From NCBI GenBank assembly GCA_964247055.1, contig OZ176052.1:6572001-6636000 (forward strand): DNA of 64,000 bases, in the 5' to 3' direction. Positions 48,901 to 60,103 of the stretch are shown piece after piece (positions within the stretch are counted from its first letter, which is position 1; every line of letters begins with the position of its first letter). A program made the translations under genes and the position numbers. This DNA comes from Paragordius varius (lineage: Eukaryota; Animalia; Nematomorpha). Below the pieces are notes generated by a model. The model saw nothing but the letters and a program-made list of their open reading frames with translations. It was not told where the DNA came from and did not search any database.

Positions 48901-51900
48901 AATATTATAATTCGTTAAATCATATCAAAATAGTAACATTAACACAGTTTTAAATAGGGAAATGGCAATCATGAATTAAAAAGTACAAAAAAATAAAAAT
49001 GTAATAGATTTTTTGGTTGTAATAATTTTATGACGTGCGAGTCATTTAGAAATAATATGTCAAAATAGAAAAAATTTTATCCTCGCGCAAATCATAACGG
49101 ATATTTTGTGATTGAGGTTTTTAACACTAAAGTTTACTGACTATTTATACATTAAATCAAAGATAAACAAAATAGATTTATGAACAAAATTTAAAAAAGT
49201 ATATTTAATTCACAGTCATTCAAATTGTAGGTGGCTACATGTAATTAATTACTTTGATATATAAAAAATGGTGCTATAAGTCATTAAATAAAAAATAAAA
49301 ATAAATGGATCATTACAATTTAATAAAATAATATCAGCCTTTAAAATAAAGTAAAAAATTATCCCAATGTGCTCCAAAAGTTTTGTAAATAAATATATAT
49401 TATAGATCAATTACAATCGATGATATATATTAGAAAATCAAAGTTGTTTAAAAAGTATGAAATTTTTGCCACATCCTAGGAACATTTTTATAAAATAAAA
49501 CCATATAATTACATCCTATCAACATAACGCAGATCGAAAAAACTTTTTCGGTATTTGTGTTTGGTGATACATTGCCGAAACCAACGCTTGTCAATGAGCT
49601 AAATGTAAAGTAAAGGGCTGTTATGTAACGGGACTTTATGGTTGGTCCAGCTTTAGTATCATTTATATATGGCTAGAATTAAACATTTATATTATAATTG
49701 GATATAAATCATTTGTAATAAAATTGTTAAAAAAACACCCTAAATGATATCATTGTTATTTTATATTTTTTTTCATTAGAGTTATTGATTAATTTTTTCG
49801 AACAATTTTTATTTGTTTCAACTAATAATTAATTTTTGTAAGATTTCATCTTTAATATTTAATATAATTTTTTTACTTGATTAGTTTGTCTGGCTAATTC
49901 ATCTAACCAACCAATTTTTGGTTCAGAAAGAAATGGACGTTCAGCGTGGCCAATGGCATAAAAAATGCAAGCTAGCCAATGAGCTGTTAAGAACATTTTT
50001 ATAATTTTTATATTGATTAATATATATTATAAAATTGTTAAAGTTAATTAAAAAAAATTTTATTGAAAAAAATGTAACTTGTATCTGTACAAAACTAAAA
50101 ACTGAATGAGAATGAAATATGCCAAAAAACTATATCGAAAATATGGTTTAAGCACTATTCTCTCATAAATATTTACAGTAGATACCCCCCATAACCCCCG
50201 TTTCATGATGAGTCAAAAAAATAGAGCCTATAAAATAATAGATGCTGATCGTTGTGCACTTTTCCGATTTTTAAACAATGCACTACTTATTAAAATCGTT
50301 GAAAGTGAGAACACTTTCACTATATGTATTGTGGAACGCCCATAAAGAGAGAAAAATAAAAAACATAATCAGCTTCAATTATTTTTTAACTATATATTGA
50401 ATTTTATTTATAATGATATAGTATATTTAATAACTTTTAGATATATTTTACAAAAGTCAAGATGCAGACGGACAATGACCCATGATTCTTTCCTCCATTC
50501 GGGACTGAATATGGGGGGTTATATGAAAATTCATTGAATAAAAACGGTCGCTATATTTGTAAAAAGAGAAGATAAACGGTTGATGAAGATCTTAGCGTTA
50601 GCATTAGTATATAAATGAAAAAAAACCAAAAAATATAATTGTAGTTAAGGATCGAAATAAATAAGTTAAAATATTTTTTTAAACAATTTTTTGTGTTTTA
50701 AATTACTGTAAATTTTTGAATGGTGGGGTTTTTAAAACCGCATATATTGAAGAAATTATTTTTGTGATTTAAAAATATCATATTTAAGAATAAAATTTAT
50801 ATATACGGTATCATGAGGTTTAAATTAATTTTAAAATGTAACCTATTAAAGCAAACGTTGCCATAAGCAGAATTAGTACCGCAGTTCCATATTCGGAATA
50901 TCGATCAAGTTTCCTAACAACCCGAACTAAGCGTAGAAGGCGAGCCGTTTTAAGCAGACCAATAAGGGTTGTTGTCTATGTTTGTCGTAATGAATATTAA
51001 TAAAATACGCTATGCTATCCTACATATATACTTAAAAGATCAAATTTCATGTATTTTTATTAGATTTTAAAGTTTACCTATTAATTATCTACCAGTAATG
51101 GAAATGTAACATATTACTTCATCCGTTTGCGATCCAAACAGCAGTAAATCAAAAGGAATAGCCGCAAGCAAATCAATAACGAACCATCCTCTAAAATAAT
51201 GTATTGCAATTTTTCGTGGGTTGCTTACGACTTCATCGTTTTTATTGACGTACGTGGTTCGAAAATTGATAATTATATCAATCATAAACATTATGTCAAC
51301 CAAAAGATCCAAGATGACTAAGGGATCAGAATATTCTGTAGCTATTGCAGTAAATTTTCCCCCTGAGTTATTTTGTCCCTTGGTCTTGGTAGATGATGAA
51401 GAATTGTCCTTAAATTGTGAGGAATAAGTGTAGTTTGAGGGAAACAAAATACCCCTTGCTAGTTTGTAGTATATAAATTATTTAGTTGGATTGTATGTAA
51501 TTTCATACAAGAAATAACATTTAAATTAATATTATATAGAGGATTATAATATGTGTTGGAAACTGTATGTAACTTGATAAATATGGTATTATCAATTGAA
51601 ACGGATGCGTTAAAATATAGAGCTTGATTTTTTTAAAATTTATAAATACATTATCGTTCTTTGTCAAAGTCAAAAAGTTAACACTTAAAATAAATGGATC
51701 TCGTACATTATAGTGTATAAGCTGAAAAATATCTGCGAAACGTATAATATTAAATTTTGCTTAATTTCGTTATACTATTTAGAAAAAGCAGAAAATATTA
51801 ATTATGGATAATAAATATATGTAACATGACAAATTAAATTTTAATGAACATAAAAACTGGGCTCAATTAATTTTGCTGCTTAAAAGGGTATATTGATTTT

Positions 51901-52570
51901 ATTTTATTATTCGTTTTTAGCGCAGATTTTAATTAGAGGCCTCTAAACTGTAATATTAGCAAAAGCCTAAAAATATTCCTTTTATGTTATATTTAAATAA
52001 ATTTGAAATGTTTTAAGACAATTTAATCTAATGAGTAAACATCTTAAATTATAAGGGTGAATGAAAAGCAGAAGGGTAAACTTCAAGTTTTAATGGTTTA
52101 ACTGCCAAATCAAAAAATGATATAAGCAATTCAATTTAAATTACAAAAACTTTATAATCCCAAATAAGAATAATCATATTTTCTAACTAATATATCACAA
52201 AATCATTTTTAGTCAATTATCACATTAATTGTTTCAATATACTTGATGAAGTATTTAATATATGATTTTCTGATCTTTTCCAATCGACTCCCGTGTTTAT
52301 GATAGTTGTGGTCTGTTGATTTATTTGTTGTGCGTGCAGAGCTGTTGATAAATGGCCTTGTCGTGCATTCAAAGTAGTTTCATCCTCATTTTGATTTAGG
52401 AGGAAGGCTGCCACATACGGTGTAAAAACTGCAGTGTAAATAACTAGGAGCAAGACTATCCAATCCCAAAAAGCTTTAAACGGTGAATAATGGAGAATGA
52501 TTAATTTGTGTTTTTTGTGTGATTCTTGAAATTTGTATTGTGGCAAAATTTCGGCTCCGAGAGTCAATAC
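42966..52570 (-). CDS. KCNH2: ether-a-go-go-related (erg/KCNH2/seizure-like) voltage-gated K+ channel, core and C-terminus; exons 52570-52243, 51458-51118, 50975-50843, 49983-49877, 49672-49513, 48818-48619, 48276-48146, 47168-47047, 46937-46744, 44811-44390, 44311-44268, 44203-42966 (or 42995)
   Basis: Motifs include [24 protein letters not shown] (S1), [24 protein letters not shown] (S4), [11 protein letters not shown] (S5), [18 protein letters not shown] (erg pore), [25 protein letters not shown] (S6/C-linker), [16 protein letters not shown] and [10 protein letters not shown]...TFNLR (CNBHD). All junctions are GT-AG and the phases sum correctly. The symbol denotes the erg subfamily, not strict one-to-one orthology. 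Confidence 0.95.
44898..45870. mobile_element. Tc1/mariner-like element (family H), right end truncated, in a channel intron
   Basis: TA|TACTGTGTGCAAAT start. The body is homologous to 58845-60384 (e.g. TTTTTGTCATCTGGTT...ATTCCAAAATAAAA). Confidence 0.65.
47623..47963. mobile_element. hAT MITE (family of 27369-27796)
   Basis: GAGGGGTGCCGAACAC ... GCCGCGTGTTGGACACTCCTA. Degenerate TSD CTTTATAG / ATTTATAA. Confidence 0.7.
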
Positions 52571-52646
52571 CTATTGACAAAATTTAGTAATGTTATTTAC
52601 ATTCAAATCATAATCAAGGGTAAAAGAGTGCGTTTACAGATTCAAC

Positions 52647-52652
52647 CTGCAT
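52647..52652 (-). CDS. candidate 6-nt microexon (ATG CAG, Met-Gln) of the erg channel
   Basis: TTATTTTTCATTTTAAATGCAG|ATGCAG|GTTGAA, followed by a 76-nt intron to 52571. It is phase 0/0 and restores the Q found before V(L/M)SLG in erg channels. Confidence 0.45.
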
Positions 52653-54547
52653 CTGCATTTAAAATGAAAAATAAATTATAAATGGAATGCCCTGTTTTTA
52701 ATTCTTAAACTATTTTTGCGCTGGAAAGCGGTCTATTTCATAAATCATCTTAATTTTCAATTGCACACATTACGATCATATACTGTGTTACATTATTTAT
52801 AAAAAGACCACTATATATCGTATAGTTATATTTGATCAAATCAGATTTCGATATACATTATATATATGTACCTTTTAATGGACTTTTTTCATTACACATA
52901 TTATTATTATGAAAAAAATTTAATAAAATAAATATATATAGTGTATAGCGTATAATATCGAAATATAATTTAAAAAATAAATGGTCAAAAATCGATAGCT
53001 ATCCTAAATGGTTGCGTTGTTTCAGATATATATTAACCATAGTGCATGGTAGGTAAAAAATGCATTTATAGACACATACAACAACCTAATTACATTTTTT
53101 CTATGTACATTTATTTTCTTTTTTTATCAATAATAAAGTGGTGGTTTATAAGATAAATTTATATTTAAAGGTGTATTAGCTATTTACAAATTCTTAGAAT
53201 TTTGCATTAAAATAGCTAGAGTTTGATAAAAACAATCCTTATTTAATACAACAACCTTAAATAAACACCATATTGAAATAAATTTAGGATTTATAAAATT
53301 CAAATCAAATCGTTGAATTATCGAAACTGCCACAACAAATAAAAATATGGGGTAATTTTTGCTTAAATTAAAATAATGCATTAATAAAATACTATAAAAA
53401 ATTCTAATCATTTATGACTATGCTTACTCCCATCGTTCATTTTTGGGTGAAGAATACATGTTATATTTATTAATATTAGGATGGATAGATGATATGCCTA
53501 TATGGTGGCGGCATTTATATCCATAAATATATCTACACTTTAAAAGCCGAAAATTTTTAGAATTCCAGAAACATGGACGGAATATATATATAGCCTGATA
53601 TTAGAGTTATAAAATATCTCCTCCCAAAGATTCGATCGAATAAGCTAAGTAAATGCTGCTTTCAAAATCTATACTAATTTTCGTTAAAATAAAATAAAAA
53701 TATGTTTTTTTGTGAAATAGAAAACAGAATGGTGCGTTAAAAATGATCGCTAATAAAACGGTAAAGTGGATGGAAAAAGAAGGAAATAGACGAATAAATT
53801 GTGAACGCGATTGAAAATGCGTAGTATTTAATTTATCAATGTTCTTTTTTACATTACATTACATTACACTTGCATCGATTATATTTTACAAAAATTTCGT
53901 TATTCATTCAAAATTATGATTTATAGATATTTGGTTTTGCTTTTTCAAAAAGATTGAATAAAAATTGTTAAAAGATAAATTTGTCAATTTATCCAATATA
54001 CAATTTGTAATAGTATTAGAAAATAAAAACTAATTTACATAATTGAGTGAGAAAGTACACCATGAAAAATTTATTTGTTTTATTGTGCATCTATTTCTCA
54101 TATGATTTATTGTGGAATTGATTTTATAAATTTATATAGGTTGATAGAGTAGTGGTATGATTAAAGCGTCGGGATTTTATCTATCTGTGTTGATTAAACA
54201 CAGTCGGAAATAGCATATAATACTTTTTTAGTTATTTTGGTTGCCTACTAAACATAGAGAATCAATTAATATAGGTGTCATTAAAAAATGGGCTAGATAT
54301 GTTATTGCCCTTGAATATAAAAGAAAGAAGAGACTCTAATCTGTATATTTTATTTGTCTAGCTTGAATATTAATGTCATTACAAAAGATTTTATCTATAT
54401 GTATTCGTAAAAAATTTGGCCAGCCAGATCGCCAAAGTTTGACTTAGATAATAAAAAACAAATATATAAGTTTCATTAATCAAAATTTTGAATAAGCATC
54501 ATTAAAAACAAAATATATAATGCTAATAACATTTATAAAAAAGTTGC

Positions 54548-55037
54548 GTAAATCTGGGGCTGCTAGCAGCCCGTGGGAGTCCTTCGGACTTCTTGCAACG
54601 TCTCATGTATTTTTCAAAAATACCTAAGGCATAAAGGTCCCAAATTAACAGCTAATAAAAAGATCTGACCTAATTTTTACCTAGTTACGGGTAATATTTC
54701 AAGTTTTTAATGAGCTCATATGGCTTAATAGATTTCCTGTAAACGGGTAGCTCCTTACCCAGAGGAAGGCATAAAAAAAGGGTTGGGCAAAATTTTGCCT
54801 TTATATGGAATATTTGAAACCATCATGGGTTCTATATGTCCCTATAAGTTAGTAGAATTGCAAAACTAAATTGTTCTATGGGGGCGCATCTGGGGGCCTA
54901 ATTCAAAAAAGGGGCGAAGCTATTGTCGGGGCATTCATTAATGATTATATTTTTTTGACATTCGGATTTGAATGGGTCTAGCGGTATTCCCGAAACAGAT
55001 CACAAAGCCAGCATTTTCATTATTATAAATATATAGA
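54548..55037 (-). mobile_element. Helitron-like element, third copy, in the 10-kb channel intron
   Basis: Same A|TCTATATATTTATAA start and GGGCTGC-TA-GCAGCCC hairpin end as 37178-37755. Confidence 0.65.
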
Positions 55038-55552
55038 TTAATAATAATATTACCAAATTCATTATATATGAATATAATCTTTGATTATTTTTTATACCTT
55101 ATTTTGTTCGTTTGAAAATTTATTTCCAAATTTAGGATAACATATATCCGTGGTAACGATAGAGTGACTGTGTTTTCCTCTTCTAATGCAATTTTAAAAT
55201 ATATTATTATACATTGTCAAATGATCACGTTTATGCTTTTCGTTCAGAAAAATTAATCAAAAATCAATGAAACCAACAATTGTAGGGAGACTTGCTTTTA
55301 ATGGGGTCACTTAAAGAATATTTTAATTGTCCAGAAAATTTATGACATACTTACTTACATATATTTTTTTATCCATAGAAAAAATAGTTGAATTGTGAAT
55401 AAATATTTGTTTTAGATAAAATATTTGAAATAAGTGATTTCTAATAATCTTGTTTTATCCAAAAAAATTTTTTTAAATTCCTTTATCCAAACACTCCGCG
55501 ACGAAATAGGGCGATTGCAGCAAACGACTAATATGGTATCAGGATTGCGAAG

Positions 55553-55823
55553 CAGAGGCCCGCTAGAGGGGAAAAGGGGAACCGATGCACCGAGCGTCAT
55601 AGTTAAAGGGGCGCCGGATTTTATAAATTTTTAATTTTTTTTTAAAAAAAAAGGTATTTGAAAGTTATTATTTTAAAAAATAAATAATAAATCACCCATT
55701 TATGAGTGGTCATGACCAGGGTTTGAATTTGATTATTTTTTAAATGCAAGGATTACATGAATGGGGAGGGGGCGCCATCACGGATTCATGCACCGGGCGC
55801 CAGAAAAGCAAGCTACACCTCTG
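55553..55823. mobile_element. Ac-type hAT MITE, 271 bp, GC-rich
   Basis: TIRs CAGAGGCCCGCTAG / CAAGCTACACCTCTG. Perfect 8-bp TSD TTGCGAAG (nTnnnnAn). Internal GGGGCGCC and TGCACCG motifs. Confidence 0.9.
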
Positions 55824-56128
55824 TTGCGAAGGTATTTCTTTTTGGGGGCTTATCGAGCTCAATGTCATTGCAATTTTTTATGTTTGGTCAAAATAAAATA
55901 ATTGCCAGTTTCACGAACATTTTATTTAAAATTCTTTTTGGAAACTAAATTAATTGATCCTGCTTATTTCTACATTGAATGTAAACAAGATTACTTTTGA
56001 GACATGCCCGAAAATTTAACCGCTAGATTTCAAGATTTTATTATATAGCACTCCGCAATTTTCACGAATGTTTTTTGAAATTTGAAATTTATTCTTCAAA
56101 TTCAACCTATTTTTAGCCCAATTACTTG

Positions 56129-57285
56129 CAGTGTCCAAAAAAATATCCTGATGAATATATATATTCTAATAAAAAACGTATCAAAATTATCATGGTGTTT
56201 TTTGTTTGGCCATTACGGGTGATTTAAATGAGTTATTTTTACTTTTGTGTTAACTGCTCCATATTAGAGAAAGGCAAAATTTGCGCTATTTAAATAAAGT
56301 TTTTTTTGATGAAATCTAAATGCTTCATTTCAAAAAATATCCCTAAAATAATCATTCAAAAACAATATTTTTATAAAATATTAATTTTTAAATGGGGCTT
56401 CGAAACCCCCAAATTTTTCACCCTTCTAAATGGGCTTGTTCGCTTAAAAATGCAAAAATGCCGAGATTGCGCTAAAATTTTTAATATATGCGTTTAGACA
56501 TCTAAAGAAGCTTTTACCGAAAAAATGGATATTTCGCTTAAAAATTTAATTTATAGCAAAGTTTTGTCAGCCTATTTCATACTGAAGCATGATGGAAACG
56601 GTGTAAAAACGCGTTGATAATATAAAAACACTTTTCCATATAATTTGAAGAAGTGAACATTTATATTAACTTTTTAATTTAAAGGTTCGTTTGCTTTTAA
56701 ATTTGGGTGAATTTTTGATTAGCAATTAATATTTAAGATAATAAAGACCGAATAATATTTAATTCAAACTTCTGAAGTGATAAAAATTCAGCATCATCGA
56801 ATTTAAAAAAGGGTTTTTAAAATATCTTAAAGCGTATTTATACCGTTACTATCCTAACTCCAGATAGTTTGAAGTATGCTTCAACAAAATTCATAACTTA
56901 AATTTAGTAAACATATACATTTTTCGAAAAACAAACATTTTTGATGTCAAAATTTAGCAAATATTTCAAACTTTGATCGCGCATTTACACTTTTGCCAAA
57001 TGAATTAGCTCATTCTAGAAGGGCGAAAAGATTTGGTCTCAAGCCCATATCTAAAGCTACAATATTATAAAAATATTTTTTTGCTTTTTATATGTAGTTT
57101 ATAATATACCTAAGTGATATTTTTCGGAATGAAGCATTTAGCTTCGACAAAAAATTATTTAACAAAATGTGCTCAAACTTTGCCTTTTTTGATATGGGGC
57201 ATTTACCTTATATGTGTAAATAACTTTCTTAAATCACGCGTAGCCAAAAAGCACCAGGATAATACTGATAAATTTTCTTATCAGA
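56129..57285. mobile_element. CAGTG-terminal MITE (family F), second copy
   Basis: CAGTGTCC...AAATATCCTGATGA(TA)nTTCT start shared with 35100. The interior is the reverse complement of the 35100-36340 copy. Confidence 0.7.
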
Positions 57286-57300
57286 AGGCAAACCCTATTT

Positions 57301-57424
57301 TAGGAATACCAGAACCGAGGTGGCTCCTTGACGGTTGGAACTGAAAGCGGGTTGATTTCAAAAATTAAAAAACGGGACTCAAACTGAGGAACCAGTTTTG
57401 GGTTTCAAAAGGTTCGGGTTCCTA
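57301..57424. mobile_element. short TAGG...CCTA inverted-repeat element
   Basis: TAGGAATACCAGAACC ... GGTTCGGGTTCCTA. CCTATTTTAGG occurs at both junctions. The superfamily is unclear. Confidence 0.4.
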
Positions 57425-59053
57425 TTTTAGGCCCTTCTCAAACATATTTAAATAAACTCTTTTCTTATAAAATATTGTGATATACAATTTATAGGTTATC
57501 TAAATTCTTGGTTAAGAGTCGTCTGAAAAATTACCTAAATTATTGTCATTTTCAAGAAATCAGATTTTTACCCGGTTTTGTCATTATATTGTATCTATAT
57601 ATAAATAAAATTTAAATGTTGACTTATAGTGATTTTCGGTCAAACTAGGCGCCTTATTTAATAATTTTATTGAATGTGACTTTAGCCTGACTAATTTTCT
57701 GTCGCTACCGCCTAGAGGGGAGAACAGTAAAAAACCAAATGCCCTTAAATCTATCATAGGACCTTCAAAAGTCTTAAAATAGAAAATGTCTTATTTGAAT
57801 ATTTGTTAAAAATTCAATGATATAGAATATCTTGTCATTTATAAATTGGTCTCGATTAGTGGGACAGACATATTAAAGTTATACTTATCATACAAAAAAA
57901 TTTTCTTTGGAATTTAAAACATCAAAGATATCACAACTTAACAAGGCCATTAGAATGTATTGTTTATAAATATTTCATATTTAATTCATAATTAGCATAT
58001 ATGCGATCTATGTGTATCCTAATCTAAAGATTAGGAATTAATATATGCAAATAATAAAAATAATTTGGTCGTACCTATATTAATCATAATTAAAACAATG
58101 TGGTTTCTCAAATTTATATTTCTTTGCAAAACTTGTAATTAGAGAGAGAGAGGGACACAATAACAATTTTTCAAACTTAGAATTGTCTTTTTAAACCTAA
58201 AATAAGCACAATAAACTTCTTATTAATTACAAGACAGGTGAAATCACTTTCAATAACACTTTAATTTAAAAATTAAAATCAACTGATCGGTATGTATTGG
58301 AGCTAATTCCATTTTCAGCATTTAGGTGCCGAATTATATCTTTTTAGAAATAAAGAAGATGAAATTAAAGGCTTCTTTAGTAAAAACGTGGTTTTTTCTG
58401 AATTAATTATCTTATACATCCTAATTGGTCCAAGTTTGCACATATAATACAGTAATGTAATTATTCTGAAACAGTCCCAAAGATAAGCTATTAAAAATAC
58501 GATTATTACAATAATATAATTTTGTATATAAAATTTGCATATAACTAAAATTTGACTTTTCCCAATATTGTGGGTCAGATATCATTGCGTTGCGGTAGAT
58601 CCCTAAGGTAATGATTTAAATTTACCAAGAATATTCGGATAAAGTCATGAATACGGATATTTTAATAAAATTTTTTATAGATTTGAAAAAAGTTTCAAAT
58701 TTTCTTCGCGGATTGCATACTCCCTACAGGATGTACAAAAGAGGTGTCCAACGCGCGGGCTTCAATATTCTGCCGCGAAAATCGAATCATATATAAAATA
58801 TTTGTTGCTATTAAATCAAAAAAGTTTTCAATAAATCATAATTACACTGTGTGCAAAAAAATATCTATTTATATTTCATGAGATGACACATAGAAATCAT
58901 TTGCCGCACAAGTTTTCATTCGTTGACGCCCTTTTTTTAAATATTGAAAGAAAATCGAAATTGGGAAAAATTGATAATTAAGGATAACGGATAATTAAAT
59001 AAATGATGATAATATTTGAGATTATAAAATGTACTATCATTTTATCAGATATA

Positions 59054-59303
59054 CCATTTACGATTCAAAATCACCCTAACACGATTTAAATTCACCCTCG
59101 AACATAAAGTCATCCTTGAACTCAATAACCCTAAAAATAAATTATATGTTTTTGAACTCTTGATTAATATAAATATATTTTTACGGTATAGTTTCCAAAA
59201 TTTAATTTAAATTATTAAGAAACACATAATCTATTTTAGGGTAAATTTAAATTTTTCGGGGGTGAATTTGAATTATTCAAGGTTAAATTTGTGGTGTAAA
59301 TGG
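59054..59303. mobile_element. TA-flanked MITE nested in family H
   Basis: TA|CCATTTAC ... GTAAATGG|TA. Internal inverted AAATTCACCC / GGGTGAATTT. Confidence 0.6.
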
Positions 59304-59954
59304 TATATTTAAAATTCATAAATAGTCATATAGTAAAGGTTTTGAAAGGATCAAAGAATCTTTCGAACATACTTAATAATTAATTAATATATGAACAATA
59401 TTATATTTTTTTAATTATTTCCATAAACTCACTATTGAAATCTTAACATTCAGAGCTACATTTCATATATAGCAAAATGAATTAATAAAAAATTATTTTT
59501 TTATTTTTTTGTCATCTGGTTGACTGTATAATAATTTTACTCGTTTTTGATATTATAAATGAGCGGGATTTAAAATTACAACAATAAATAGGATTAACTA
59601 GAGGAATATCAACAAACAATCCGTTCGAATTTCGGTAAAAATATTAATTTGTTTCAAAACAAAATTGTTAATGGGATTGGTAAGATTTGTTGGTTAATAT
59701 TCCATTATAAATCTTATTTTGTATAAATTTATGCTTAGAAATTCACCATGTATAATTCCAAAATAAAACAGTAAATTTATTATACACTCATAAACCAGAC
59801 GGCAAAAAAATGAAAAAATAAAAACGTTTTTTAATTTTGATATATAAGTTTTTGAATCCAAAAAATATGAATGTAAAGATTTTAATAGTGAGTTAAGCTA
59901 GTAAATAATTTAAATAAACATTTTAATATAAAACATAAAAAAAATTGTGTAATA

Positions 59955-60103
59955 CAGTAGGCATTTTAATGGTTGCTTATTTTACACCATAGTTAGGCAA
60001 TTTGCAACACAGTAGTGTGTGTTCTGTTGTTTTTTTCATACACTACTGTGTTGCCAATTGCGCAACCATAGTGTGAAATAAGCAACCATTAAAATGAATA
60101 CTG
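59955..60103. mobile_element. 149-bp hairpin MITE (pogo/Tigger-like CAGTA termini, TA TSD)
   Basis: TA|CAGTA...TACTG|TA. The two arms of about 67 nt are near-perfect reverse complements around a loop of about 15 nt. Confidence 0.85.

Noticed and set aside
55412-55948. GC-rich ORFs around 55.4-55.9 kb
   Set aside because: They are explained by the Ac-type MITE at 55553-55823. Removing it leaves no convincing reading frame.
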